A stretch of 46,306 nt of DNA from Octopus bimaculoides (Eukaryota), in assembly GCF_001194135.2 (NCBI RefSeq), contig NC_068981.1:177533667-177579972 (forward strand), read 5' to 3'. How positions within the stretch are numbered: position 1 is the first letter of the stretch; each line of letters begins with the position of its first letter. Under the pieces are notes generated by a model. It was not told where the DNA came from. It saw only the letters and a program-made list of their open reading frames with translations, and ran no database searches. Shown one piece after another: positions 23,134 through 36,579 of the stretch. The position numbers were made by a program, and so were the translations under genes.

Positions 23134-24583
23134 GTAAGGTACCCTCGAAGCGGAGATCTGGCTCAAATGCATTGGTACTCCGCTAAAGGCGCCCAAGTTG
23201 TCAGAGGGTGGTATTGACCGAGCGACTCATTGTAAATTCTTTTTGTTGTAATCATTTAGACTAGGTCTCGAGTCTGAAGATAATTTCCTCCACAAGTCTC
23301 TGGGATTCTGAAGAAGTTCATTGGTGCTACTTTTCTTTCTCTCTGACAGAGTAATAGTGATTAAAGTGTTATGTTGTAAATAGAAAACTATCTTGAATTT
23401 CAGGCATACACTCCTATATTATCAAATAGTGTAATTGTTGGTACATGTAAAACGCAGGAAGAACGAAAACATTAAATGTTTAGCAATTTCTTGTGTATAT
23501 ATGATATTTTGATTACGAACCCATTTTTGAAAGTGATTCTTAATAGTTATTGAAAAAGAATTCATTTATTTTAAAGCCAGTTTACGATGTAAAATAATAA
23601 GGGAGAAATGTTAATGTTTAAGCAATTGAGCTGGTTTGCATTCAGAAACGAAATAAAATTCATAAATGTATATTTGCAATCAATGCCATTAAACTATTCG
23701 TGAAATTGTTTCACTGAGAAGAGTTAAAATTTAATTACAAAGAATAAGTTTTGATTTAAACACTGAATAGGATTTCAGTTGCAAATTATGTGAGCTGACC
23801 TTCGTTTAGATTAATATTTTTGTTTCTATCGTGCATTCTTTATGAGAAAATTATTCCATTTCAGTAAATAAGAATATATTATGATGGCTGCCATTACATG
23901 TCTTCCTGTTAAGGGGAATCGTTCTTCATTAGTTAATGTCTATTTTTTTTGCATGCTTTTATTCTTCAAAATATAGTCTCTAATGTCATCTTGTTTACTA
24001 TATTTTCAACGTTAAAGTATTACGCATTCAGCCTTTAATATATATGACAAATTAAAAGGAAATCTCTCACACAGCTGACTATTACCACGAACTTCAGCTT
24101 TCTAGTTTTGTTTGTGTGAGTAATTATTTTTTAAAAAGAATTTTAGTCACTTTTAATTTTATGTTATGCGCAACAAAATATATTTACTTCAAAGCTAAAC
24201 AAACAAACATATTTATTTGTTTAATAAGATATTCAATTATGACAATAAGCAATGTCTAAATCAATAACTTTTAGTGCATTTTCTCTGGTAGATTTCTATG
24301 CCATCGACCCCAATATAATTAAGTTGATAACGAAATGAATCAGAAATAAGTGATGGCATAGATCTCGTTATCGCTGCTGTCGAAATAGTTATCAGTAAGT
24401 CATTCAAGGAAAGCGGACAACTCCCAAACCCTAGAGGTTTCGTAGATCGCGGCAAGCTAGGCTCAAACAGGTTGATATATTGTTTTTCAAAGAACTGTAT
24501 TTATGTAACTTAATTTCAGTTGATGGCATTTACAATCATCCTTAAATAGAATTTGAGTAAAGAACAACGGGACTTCGGGAAGA

Positions 24584-24923
24584 CATTTCATCACAAAAGG
24601 CCAGAGCATCTGCACTAGTCCTCAATTCCACCCTGGTAACCCACTACTTGACATAGATAGGCAACAAAACTGTCCCCCACCCTCCCAACAGTCCAGCCCT
24701 TGATCCCTGTGACTTTTGATTGTTCCCCAAGCTGAAGAAAAAAATAAAGGAGGCTATGACAAGAATCCTAGATGCCGTCACTTTAGAGGACTTCCATGGG
24801 GGACTTCACGAAGTGGCTGGAGCACTACAACAATTGAGGATCCTACTTTGAAGGAGATTAGGGTTTTGTACTTCTTTGCATGTATCGCTTGAAAAGTTTT
24901 AAAACTTCTGGAATGCACTTGTA
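24584..24923 (+). mobile_element. Mariner 3-prime fragment (decayed transposase C-terminus and TIR)
   Basis: Degenerate PHPP.SP.L.PCDF.LFPKLK and TRILDA.TLEDFHG.FTKWLE...YFEGD, ending AAAACTTCTGGAATGCACTTGTA. Confidence 0.85.
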
Positions 24924-24924
24924 A

Positions 24925-25140
24925 ATACCTGAGTGTGTGTATGTGTATATATATATGTATAACTATATATTTATGTACTTGTGTGTGTGTGTGTGTGCAT
25001 ATATACATCCATATGTAGATATACATATTCGCATATAATATGTACATATATATATACATGTACAAACATGTAAATATGCATATTCACACACGTGTGTATA
25101 TATATACATACATATATATATACATATATATATGTGTATG

Positions 25141-25173
<33 letters not shown>

Positions 25174-25206
25174 GTATATATGTATATATATATGTCTATA
25201 TATATG

Positions 25207-25275
<69 letters not shown>

Positions 25276-25360
25276 GTATACATGAGTGTGTGTGTGTATA
25301 TATATGTATACACATATATACACACACACATATGTATGCATATATGCACACACACACACA
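24925..25360. repeat. (TA)n/(CA)n/(TG)n compound microsatellite
   Basis: Direct reading. It is the source of the YIYI/IYIY pseudo-ORFs. Confidence 0.97.
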
Positions 25361-26715
25361 CAAGAAGCAGATAGGAGTGAAGAGAAAAAGAGAAGTGAAT
25401 TGAGAGTGAGGATTGAAATGAAAGAAAAATATAAATCTGAGATATTGAAAGAGTTTGTAAGAGAAAGAAAAAGAAATGCAAAGAGAGTGAAATAGAAAGA
25501 GCAACTTGTTGTAAACAATGCCCAAATGTTAATAATGGATAGACAATTTGAATGCGTCCATTAGCAAGCCACTTTTCCAGTTCTTTGCTATCATCATTCA
25601 TCTCTGCATCCTCCATTACATATGAATCTGTTCATGTGCTGTTGATTCATCATCATTCCCTACAGTGATACACAACCTTTAACATGCACTTTCTTCACCT
25701 TATCTTCAACCTTTACTTAATACCTGACCAAATAAATACAACTGTGACTTTCTTTTAGATGTCAGTTGTTAAATTGTTCCTCTTGTTCAGCTGAGAAAAG
25801 ACCCTCTGGCTCTTAAAGGCAATCTTAATCTATTTACTTAAACATTGAATGATTATTTCAGCTACTAGTATATCTCAAGTGACAGCTATCTGTTAGAGTT
25901 GTTGCCGACATTTTGGCACTATGTTTTACACAGCTCTAGATAGAGACAGTGCTTCTTTTTTTTTTTTTTTGTGTCTAGGGTGGGGGCTGGGGGGTTGTCA
26001 TCTCATTGGCTGACTGACCCATAATAATGTTTTCTCACAACTCAACAAGGTCTTCTTACTGATTCTTCATGTATTGTTATAACTGTTTTCATTGCTTAAA
26101 GAAACACACGTATTTTTATTCGTTCTTAGGTCAGTCTACTTGACTTGACTTCAAGTAATTACTTCATAATAGTCATATCAAATAGTTTTAACCAGTTAAC
26201 AGCAGAGAATAAATGAATTTATTGGCAATCAGTAACTGAACATTAATTTGCTGAGTTGACTTTTCCAGTAATTCTTTTTGGCTTCATAAAATAAGTAATA
26301 GTTGTAACATACATTAAGCAGCTACACTAATCCGATATGGATTAGTTTATATCTCTTTAAAGTCATCCGAAATCTTGTCTCTCTTCTTGTGCTATGTACT
26401 CATTTCTGTTATGGTAGTATTTGTTAATTCAATTTTCAACATCTTTTATGTACATGGTTGCAAAAGTGGCTGTTTTGTTAAGAGTTTCATTTTGCAACCA
26501 CATGGTTACATGTTCAATTCCACTGTGCACCACTTTAGACATGTGTCTTCTACCATTCATAGCCTTGATTTAATCCATATCAAATGAGTGAAAGTTAATA
26601 GATGCTGTCACTCATTGAGAATGACTTATTATCAGGATATTTTGTTGGTGTTAGGTCACAAGGAAACATAGAACCTCCGTTTCATTGCCCCATCACATGA
26701 TTCAGTGGAGTATTT

Positions 26716-27929
26716 CATAAGGGTCAGCTGACAAGTTCATAGGCTGACCAAGATTCTCTCTTGGAATGTGGCCAAATGAGGTTTATTTTTCAGTATAGTC
26801 CCCCTTGCAGTCCACACACTTCTGCTTGGATCCCATTGGTCAAAAAAGTCATCAACTGCAGATACGACATCATCATCACTGCAATACTGTCTCCCAGCCA
26901 AGTGTTTTTTCATGTTGGGGAACAGATGATAGTCAGATGGGGCCAAATCAAGAGAATAGGGAGGGTGATCAATCAGTTCAAAGCCACAATCATGCACAGT
27001 AGCCATTGAAACCAAAGATTTGTATGCTGGAGCATTGTCTCAATGAAACAAAACTCCTGTCATCAGTTTTCCTGTGCATTTGGTCTTGATAGCCTTTTGT
27101 AACTGCCTCAGCAAGTTGACATAGTATTCTCCATTGATGGTATGGCTCTTTTAAAGATAGCCGATAAACACAAAGCCTTTTGCATCCCAAAAAACTGAGG
27201 CCATCACCTTCCCTGCAGATAAAACAACCTTGGCCTTCTTTGGAGCAGATGAGGAGGGATGTTTCCACTGCATGGAATGTCTCTTTGTGTTTGGAAAAGT
27301 GATGAACCTTGTTTTAGGAAATGTTCGAGGAAATCAGCTGGATCTTCCTGAAACAATGTCAAATTTTCCCATGGTGTGATCAGCCTAGTATACTTTTGAA
27401 GATGTGACACCTATTGAGTAGTTCATTGTGCAGAATATTCTCAACTTTTTCACAGGATATGCTAATAGCATTGGCTATTTGAGTTATAGTCAATCACTAG
27501 TCATCCATTACCATGTGTTGAACATGATCAAAGTTTTCTTCAGTAGTGGCAGTTGCAGGACATCCAGATCTTGCATCATTTTCAAGACTCTCCCTTCCAC
27601 TCCTAAGTTCAGCTGCCCACTTTTGCACTTTTGGTAAGCTGGAGAGTCATCCCCTAATGTAACAACCATGTCAGCACAAATCTCCTATGGGGCCAAACCT
27701 TTTTTCTGCTGGTACCTGATAACGCCATGATGCCAAATTTTGTCCATTTTCAAGAAAAGCCACTACTAGTTACTTTTGAAGTCTTCTTTGAATAGTCAGA
27801 TGTCAGTTCACCTGTAAAGAAACAATGCAGTTATTAATAAGAAGAGTTGATATTAATGCATGCAAGATTTCACAGCTGTAGCATCACTGTTTCATAGTCA
27901 GCCTATAAACTTTTCAGCTCACCCTTGTA
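26716..27929 (-). mobile_element. Near full-length defective mariner element
   Basis: TIRs of about 30 bp (AGGGTCAGCTGACAAGTTCATAGGCTGAC / GTCAGCCTATAAACTTTTCAGCTCACCCT) and a TA end. Transposase starts at 27747 (MDKIWHHGVIRY...RSGRESLENDARSG) and includes H*DNAP and HPPYSLDLAPSDYHLF, with stops and frameshifts. Confidence 0.93.
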
Positions 27930-28000
27930 TATATGTAAGGTGTGTATGTGTAAGTATCTATATGTGTGTTTGTGTTGATGTTAACATTGATTTTCACTTA

Positions 28001-29640
28001 GCCACTTGCTGAAGCTACTATGTCAGTGCTGGGAGGAGAGATCAGTCCCAGAAGGCATGAGAGACTGCAACATTGTCATCCTATATAAGAACAAAGGTGA
28101 TTGCAATAATTACCAAGGCATCTTGCTGTTAAGCATCAACAGGAAGGTCTTTGCCCACATGGTCCTAAACAGACAACAGAAAATTACTGAGAGGATATAC
28201 CCAAGTCTCAGTGCAGTTTTAGATCAGAACACTCCACCATCGACATGATCTTCTCTCTTTGACAGCTACAGAAGTACTGAGAGCAAAGGCAACCACTCTT
28301 TATCACCTTCATTGACCTTGCAAAGTTTTTGACCTCATCAGTAGAGACAGCCTGTTCAAAATCCTTGCTAAGATTGGTTGTTCTCCAAGACTTCAGGATT
28401 GTCCAATCATTTCATGTGGATATGAAAAGCATTGTTCAGTTTGATGACACTTCTTTGGAGGTATTCAACATACGTAGCAGCATGAAGCAGGACTGTGTGC
28501 TTGTTCACACTCTGTTTGGCATCTTTTTTGCAGTCATGCTGGATCATGCATTTGGGACATCAACTGATAGTGTTTACCTTTACACCATATCTGAGGTTGA
28601 AAGCAAAATCCAGGGTGCGCCAGGTACTTATCAGAGAAATGCTGTTTGTGGACAATGCAGCACTAACAACACACTTTGAAGAGCAAATGCAGCACCTCGT
28701 GGATAAACTTTCAAAGGCCTGGCAGTAATTCAGCCTGACTATCAGTCTGAAGAAGACCAAAGTGGTAGGCGAAAGTGCGAAGCACTCCACCCCACACCAT
28801 CAACAACTACAAGCTGGAGGTAGTCCATGAATTAACCTATCTTGGCTCTACCATCGCTGATGACCTCTCCCTGGACCCAGAGATCAACAGGCAAATCGGA
28901 AAAGCATCCTCCACATTTGCCAGACTCACAAAGAAAGTCTGGGGAAACAAAAAACTGGCTGCAAACACCAAGATTGCTGTCTATAAGGTGTGCATCCTTA
29001 GTACGCTACTTTATGGCAATGAGATATGGAGCCTGTACTCCCAACAGGAGTGGTGTCTCAACATCTTTCACCTTCATAATTTGAAACGCATCTTGGATAT
29101 CAAGTGGACCAACCACATCACCAATACCAAAGTCCTCAACTATGCCAAGACACCCAGCATACTCACCCTGCTCCAGCAGCATTGTTTATACTGGCTCTGT
29201 CATCTACATCGCATGTTGGACAGATAGATCCCAAAAGACCTCCGGTATGGGGAATTGGCCACCGACACAAGAGCATGAGGACAACCTCATCTTCGCTTCA
29301 ATCACGTCTGTAAGAGGGATATGAAGTCACTTGATGTGGATGTCCTAAGATAGGAGGAGGTTGCAAATGATTACCCACACTGGAGACAAATATTGCAAAA
29401 GGGGATGAAGTGAGTGGAAGAAAAACAGGAACTTGCCACCAAAGAAAAGCATACTCGAAGGAAGGAAAGCTAGCAGCGCCAGCAGAGAGCTCCATCAAAT
29501 GCAGTCTCTGTATGCATGACTGCCATTCATGTGTGGGCCTATACAGCCACAACAGACTCTGCACCACCATCAGCAGCTGACACAATTTCTTTGGGCACAG
29601 ATCCATGGCATCCATGGTCGACGGATGTCTACTACTACTA
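28001..29640 (+). mobile_element. 5-prime-truncated RTE-type LINE with a decayed reverse transcriptase
   Basis: IVILYKNKGDCNNYQGILLLSI, SSMKQDCVLVHTLFG, REMLFVDNAAL, VVHELTYLGS...EINRQIGKAS, LLYGNEIW, LYWLCHLHRM, and a 3-prime GGATGTC(TAC)n tail. Confidence 0.92.
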
Positions 29641-30014
29641 TTCTTTTACTCTTTTACTCGTTTCAGTCATTTGACTGCGGCCATGCTAGAGCACCGCCTT
29701 TAGTCGAGCAAATCGACCCCAGGACTTATTCTTTGTAAGCCTAGTACTTATTCTATCGGTCTCTTTGTGCCGAACCGCTAAGTTACGAGGACGTAAACAC
29801 ACCAGCATCGGTGGGGGGATAAACACACACACAAACGCACATACATATATACGACGGGCTTCTTTCAGTTTTCGTCTACCAAATCCACTCACAAGGCTTT
29901 GGTCGGCCCGAGGCTATAGTAGAAGACACTTGCCCAAGGTGCCACGCAGTGGGACTGAACTCGGAACCATGTGGTTGGTAAGCAAGCTACTTACCACATA
30001 GCCACTCCTGCGCC
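29641..30014 (-). mobile_element. Full-length tRNA-derived SINE (family B) with an internal microsatellite
   Basis: Head AGGCGCAGGAGTGGCTATGTGGTAAGTAGCTTGC...GTTCAGTCCC, body GGCAAGTGTCTTCTACTATAGCC, tail GAGTAAAAGAGTAAAAG. Confidence 0.9.
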
Positions 30015-30077
30015 TATTGTTTGTGTTGTCTCTTTCTGTACTGTACTTATACAGTCATCATTCGTTAATATCTTTTA

Positions 30078-31030
30078 TCTTTTACTTGTTTTAATCATCA
30101 GACTGCTGCCATGCTGGAGCACCACCTTGATGAATTTTAGTCAAACAGATCAATCCTAATACTTCTACTTTTTAAGCCAGGTACTTACTCCATTGGTTGC
30201 TTTTGCTGAACTGCTAAATTAAGAGGACATCAATTGTTAAACATTAGTGAGAGACAAACACAAAGACACACGCACATGCATGTATGAATGTGCATGCATG
30301 TGCACACATACATGCATGAGCATGCGCATGCACACACACACACACACACACACGCACACACAGAGAAAACAAGCTTCTTTCAGTTTCTGTCTACCAAATC
30401 CACTCACAGGGCTTTGGTCAGCTTGAAGCTATAGTAGGTGTCACTTGTCCAAGATGCCATGCAGAACCATGTGGTTGGGAAGCAAACTTCTCATCACACA
30501 GCTATGCCTGCACCTATAAAATAAATACCATCCTGAAATAAGCATCAGGGTTTGATAGAATTAACTAAATTAACTGAACCCTTGAAGAAGGTACTCAAGC
30601 ATAAACACCAATGATATAAAATACACCATTTGAATGAGCCTTTTATTTATAAAAATTGCACATGTCAAGATACATCAAGAAGCCCAGACATGCTCTCATA
30701 GGGGACTGTCAGCAGGTGACACTGTCATCGAGGACATTATTTAAAACCAGCAAGCACATATGAAGGCAAGGGAAATACAACTCTTTCACATAAACACACA
30801 CACACACACATTCACACAGAGACTCACACACACACACATATGCACACACACACATATGCACACACACAACAGGCTTCTTTCAGTTTCCATTTGCTAAATT
30901 TTCTCACAAGGCTTTGGTTGGCCTGTGGCTGTAGTTGAAGACCCTTGTTCAAGGTGCTGTGTGGTGGGTCTGAACCTGAAACCAATGTTTGGGATGAGAA
31001 AATTTCTTAACCAGACAGCCACTTCTATGC
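30078..31030 (-). mobile_element. Two older family-B SINE copies (about 30078-30518 and 30869-31030)
   Basis: Similarity to 29641-30014 (GCTTCTTTCAGTTTC..TCTACCAAATCCACTCAC). Confidence 0.8.
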
Positions 31031-31849
31031 CCCGCCTCCACCTCTCTCTGGAACCACTCCTTTTTTAACATCTATCCCTCATTCTCAATTTCATCTCTTC
31101 CCCCTTTATTTTTCACTGATCACTGTATTATGTGCTTCCCATTATCTCTCCCTCTCACCTGAGCTACATCTTTTGACTTCCATATCTAATCTTCAACGCT
31201 CTCTCATATCTGCTATTATTTTCAACACCCTCTTAGATCTGATGTCCACAGACCCCATCCATCTTTTCTTCCACTCACTCTTTCTATCCCTATGTACTCA
31301 TGACAACCATCTCTGCCACTGTATATCTCTTTCTTTTTCCCTGCACTCTCCCACCTCACACATTACCTCCCTATTTTAAAAATATCTACAGTTTATTATA
31401 TTACTGCTCTTCACCCCTATTGTACCATATGCATTATCGCCTCCTTCCTGAGTCACTCCTATTTCTTTCATCTTTCCCCCAAAACAAATATTTATCATTG
31501 AACCCACAATCATCCTTATTTATGATTCATTACATTCAGTCCTATCCCACCTCTAGATATCTGTCGCTCTGCTCTCACACTCTTATGAACCTACCCACCC
31601 ACACTTCCCTATCCTCTGTCCATTTTCTCTCTTGTACTCACCTTCTTGTATCTTGTCAACTCCATTTTTATCTTCTTGCTAACTACTTTATTTAACGCAG
31701 AGTAGCCATGTCTCTCCTCTCTAGCAAGACACCTGTGCTTGTCCCTCTGTCATACTTTAGACTCTTGTAACCTGGCATAAACCCATCTTACTTTGTCTTG
31801 TGAGTTACTTGGTGACCACTCTAGTGCTGGTGCCAGGGAAAAAGTACCC

Positions 31850-32010
31850 AGTACACTCTATAAAGTGACTAGCATTGGGAAGAGCATTTAGCTGTTGAAA
31901 CCTTACCAAAACAGATATTGGAGCTCAATGCAATCCTCCATCTTATTGGATCTTCTCAAAATGTGCAACTCATACCAGCATGGATGCTGGACATTAAATG
32001 ATGATGATGC
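31850..32010 (+). mobile_element. Degenerate 3-prime end of the RTE-tail repeat family
   Basis: Ends CCAGCATGGATGCTGGACATTAAA(TGA)n, like 44930-44985. Confidence 0.6.
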
Positions 32011-33714
32011 TGATACAGAGAGTACCTAGTGAGGTCCCAAAATAACTTGCCAGACAAAGGAAAAGCCACCTCAACCAAGAGTTAAGTTTGTATTTAGCAA
32101 AATCTTAAAGTATCGTTATATTTTGGAATGGTCATTTTTTTTTCCTTGCCAAATAAACACACTCACTATATATTCATTATTCACTCATTTGTTATTGTTA
32201 TTATTTCATTTTATGTCCATTGTCTGTAAGTCTTTTGTCACACATCTGTGACCTCTTCAGCGACTCTTCAATCCACATGTTTCCTCCTGATCAAGCAAAA
32301 AAAAACAAAAAAAAACATCCAAGATATCACAATATCTGTTTCAACTCATGACTTCACATCAGGAATCTTGCAAAACAAATTGATAAAATCTTTGAATGTT
32401 CTTTATATAGTGTGCAAATCAAATCCCTGTCTATTTGCATGTTAAGACTGGTATTCAATGTTGTGATTCCATAAAATACACTCCATTGGTGCAAGAAGCT
32501 CAGGTACACATCTCTGATAGAATGAGTTGGGACATATTATCGCAGAGTAAAATAGAAGACAAAGATGAAGACACCAGCATAACATTAGTTTAACATGGTT
32601 ACAGTTGTTTCAGTAGCATACCACTTCAGACCACAAACAAATAATTAACTTTGTGATGAATTACACAAGACTTGCATAGATTATGCAAAGTTGAAATAGT
32701 AGGGAATGCCATCCTTTTCAGATATCACACATGATATCATTAATATGTAACGTGCTTTGATGCAGAATGTATGCATGTATGTATCAATCAATCATCACCA
32801 TCATCATTTTCATATGTATATATATATATGTGTATATGTGTGTGTGTATATATCTGGACATATGTATATACATTTATGACCACATTATGATAGTTCTGGC
32901 ATGGTGAATGCACCTAAAATACATGTCAGAAACAGCTGTAAGTCCACAATGCACAAATAAATGTATAAAGCCCATTATTTATACCTTTTCTTTTATGTAT
33001 GTATGTATGTATAAATATGTGTATGTACATGTATAAATATGTATGTGTGTATGTATATGTGTGTTATATATAGAGAGAGAGAAAGGGGCGCAAAGAGAGA
33101 GAGAGAGAGAGAAAGGGGAGCAAAGAGAAAGAGAGAGATTTTCCTAGAGTTTACAGGCTCATTATGCCAGTGCACAGTTTCCAAACAGTATAAACATTGA
33201 GAGTATAAGACATGCCATGAACAAAGCACCTGTCTGCTGCAAGATTAATGACCATCAGCCACTAGTACTCATTTCAGGTTAGTAGGCTGAAGTCATGTGA
33301 AATGCAGCACTTTGCTGAAGGACAAAATACACTGCCTGGTCCAAAAACGAAACGGTTATCCTTATGGATAATACCCTAAATCCTAGGCCATGCATGTCCC
33401 CCCCTCACCCCCCCCCCNNNNNNNNNNNNNNNNNNCCCCCACTCCCACACACATGTGATGGGTATCCAGCTTCCAAATTTCACATCTCAAAATATTAGTC
33501 AACTAAAGGGGTTATGATAGAAGACTTTTATTCAAACTGCTGTGGCCATGGGAATAGATCAGGAATTCTAAAACTTCTTACCACACACAGACATGTCCTT
33601 CAAATAAGACATCCTTCATACTGCAATATATATTAACATCAGGGAAACATTTACCTTTGAGATTCTGCTCTTTTCTACAGCAAACACACACACACACACA
33701 CACATCATCATCAT

Positions 33715-33910
33715 CAACATCATCCTTTTATGTCCACTTTCAATGCTGGAATGGGTTAGATTGGTGATCATCGTCTTAGTCATCGGTTAGTGGGTTCCAC
33801 TTGCTGCCATAGGCTGGTATTCATACATGCCATTTGGTTTCTTCTTATGCCTAGATACCCTTCCTCTTACCAACCACTTTACAGAGTGTACTAGGTGCAT
33901 TTTCTTGTGG
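33715..33910 (-). mobile_element. Degenerate 3-prime end of the RTE-tail repeat family
   Basis: (CAT)n-TTATGTCCACTTTTCAATGCTGG...GATACCCTTCCTCTTACCAACCAC, similar to 40700-40860. Confidence 0.6.
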
Positions 33911-34365
33911 TACAAAGTCTAGAGAGTTTTACAGTCCTTGGCGTGACAGAACTATAGGGATCTTGTAGTGCTATGCTTTTTCTACTCATTTGTTAACCAT
34001 TTTCTGTATGCACAGGGTACTTTGCTATGGTACCACCACTAAAGAGAATGTCACTAGTCCTAACGGTGGTATGGTTTGACAGCTTTCCACCATGTCACCA
34101 GTGGAGGAGCAAGGGCAAAAAGGTGCTTTGTATACAGGAAATGTGGGGAGCACTCAATAACACGCAAACACACACACACACGAACAAAGTTTGTATTCAA
34201 ATATAATAAAGATCTAAGCCCTTGCTAAATGGATGGATAGAAAGAAAACAACTATATAAGCAAGTGAAAAGAAATGAAAGCGCAGACTAGGATGGAACCT
34301 ACTTGATTTATTTCTAAAAGTCAATGCCTTGAATGTCACACTACATTGCTAACGTTATCGTTTAC

Positions 34366-34511
34366 CAGCAAGACAACAATTTTCAGGAGAAGCTGTCTCT
34401 TGCCACCACCCTCCNNNNNNNNNNNNNNNNNNNNNNNNNNNNNNNNNNNNNNNNGCCCCACCTCCCTCCGGGGAAAGATGCTATTCTCCAATATTCAATT
34501 ATATTTTGCAT
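34366..34511 (-). CDS. Candidate alternative first coding exon (MQNIIEYWRIASFPGG..[gap]..GGWWQETASPENCCLA + phase-1 G)
   Basis: Start context gcAAACATGC, open frame on both sides of the N40 gap, donor G|GTAAACG identical to those at 294 and 3429. Confidence 0.5.
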
Positions 34512-34639
34512 GTTTGCCGCTCTTGCTACTGTACTGCACCATTTGCAGCCACCACAACAGCCACACTAACTATGCACATTGCTGACAACAAAGAATCTAT
34601 GTTTCCGATGACAATTTTTGGACAGATTAGTTTTGAATG

Positions 34640-35465
34640 ATGAAAGAATTTCTTCACTTTTCTCTTTCTATTTCACTTACTTTCTTCTCTGCCTCCCTCT
34701 CTCTCCTACTCTCTCTTTCTCTATACTCTCTCTCTCTCCTACTCTCGCTCTCTCTATACTCTCTTTATCACAGATATCACTCACTTTCTCACACTGTCTT
34801 TTTCTCTCTCGTATACGCTATCCACTCATATCTCTTATACCTTAATGTATACACATTGCTCTCTCTCTCTCTTCCACTGTTCATATTCTTTCTTTCTTAC
34901 TCTCTCTCTTTCTCTCACCTTTTCCTTACACATACACATATTCCACTGTTACCGCTCATTCACATCGTCTCACTCTCACGCGCGCCCCACTCACACGCTG
35001 TTCTTCCTATTTCGTCTCTCTCTCTCTCTCTCTCTCACTCACTGCCTTCTTTCACACACACACAGTAATCTCCCCACCTTTACACACATATACGCTCTAA
35101 TCTCACAACCTTTACATACACACAGAAACACTAATGTCACCACCTTCACACACACATACACACTCTTACACACACATTCACACACACATATACACAATTG
35201 TTTTTAACCTTTATTTTCCTTTTTCTTTCTATCTTTTGTTTTTTTTTTCTCGCTCTCTTCTTTGCTGTTTACATCTATATTTCTCACTTTTACTTTGTTT
35301 TCTCTGTGTGTGTGTGTCTGTGTGTCTGTCAGCGCGTATGTGCGTGTGTGCACACACGCGCGCTTGTCTTTATCACTCTTTCTCTACTCATTAATGTGTG
35401 ATTGTCTCGTCTCTCTCTCATTCTGACTTCTCCCTCTGTTATCAATTATACTTCCTTCTCTTTCT

Positions 35466-35519
<54 letters not shown>

Positions 35520-35940
35520 CAGACGCATAAACACACACACACACACACACACGCAGAGACACACGCATCTTTGCAGCCATCCTTTTGTCTCTACCTCCTC
35601 CTCCTCCTCCTCCCTTCTCTAGTGTCTTTCTTCCTTCTCTGTCACATTTCGCTTCATGTCGTTCTTCCAGCTCCCCATTTACTCCCTCTCTTCATCATCA
35701 TCACCACTACAACAACAACACCAACACACACACACACACACGCACACACGAACATCCATTCTCTTTCTCTACAAGCTTCTTTGGCCCTTCCTACTTGCTG
35801 CCTCTCACACTCAGGCTTTCTATTCTCTCACTCTTCCTGTTCTTATCTCTTCCCACTTTCTCTTCATTTCTCCCCCACAACCCTTATTCCCTTTCCCTTG
35901 AACAAACATCTCATTTCTTCTCTCTATCATTTTGATTAGT
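34640..35940. repeat. (CT)n/(CA)n-rich low-complexity tract
   Basis: Direct reading. It is the source of the SLSL/THTH pseudo-ORFs. Confidence 0.9.
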
Positions 35941-36289
35941 ATTTCCAAAGTGATATTTATTTTATTCTATTTTATTATTTTCTTTTATAGTTTCTTTACT
36001 TCTTTTCTCTAAAGACCAGAGTCTGTTACTGATACCTGAATATACTAAAATAACCTTTTGTGTAGAGATTAAGTAAACAGTCAGTAATGTATGCCAATAT
36101 TTTATAGGCTCTTCCTGTCAAGTTTATCACCATGGCCATCTACTATACATCTGTGAAATATTCTCAATTCCTACACTTCATCCCATACAGTTCCCACCAA
36201 AACTCAGTGTGAAAGACCCAACTTTCACTTTCTCTTTCATTTTGACCAGCTATTTTTCGTCTTGCTTTTTTTTCTTAGCGTCTTTCTTT

Positions 36290-36499
36290 TACTTTCTCTT
36301 CTAACCACTCACTTACCTACCACACCTCACCATTATTTCATCACTGCCAACAACATCATTGTTAATACTCCAGCACCATCCCCCCCTGGCATTCCACCAC
36401 CTTCACTTCCACTGCTATCATTGCTGCTCCATCCCCTAACTCCACAACCACATATTTCCCCCACCACCAACACCAACATAATCTAAACTTCCTCACCAC

Positions 36500-36579
<80 letters not shown>

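Noticed and set aside
24778-25616. Long ORFs such as 24963-25616 (217 aa) and overlapping YIYI/IYIY frames
   Set aside because: They are translations of (TA)n/(CA)n, which lacks stops in several frames. The unique N-terminal part ([26 protein letters not shown]) has no convincing splice sites and was not recognised.
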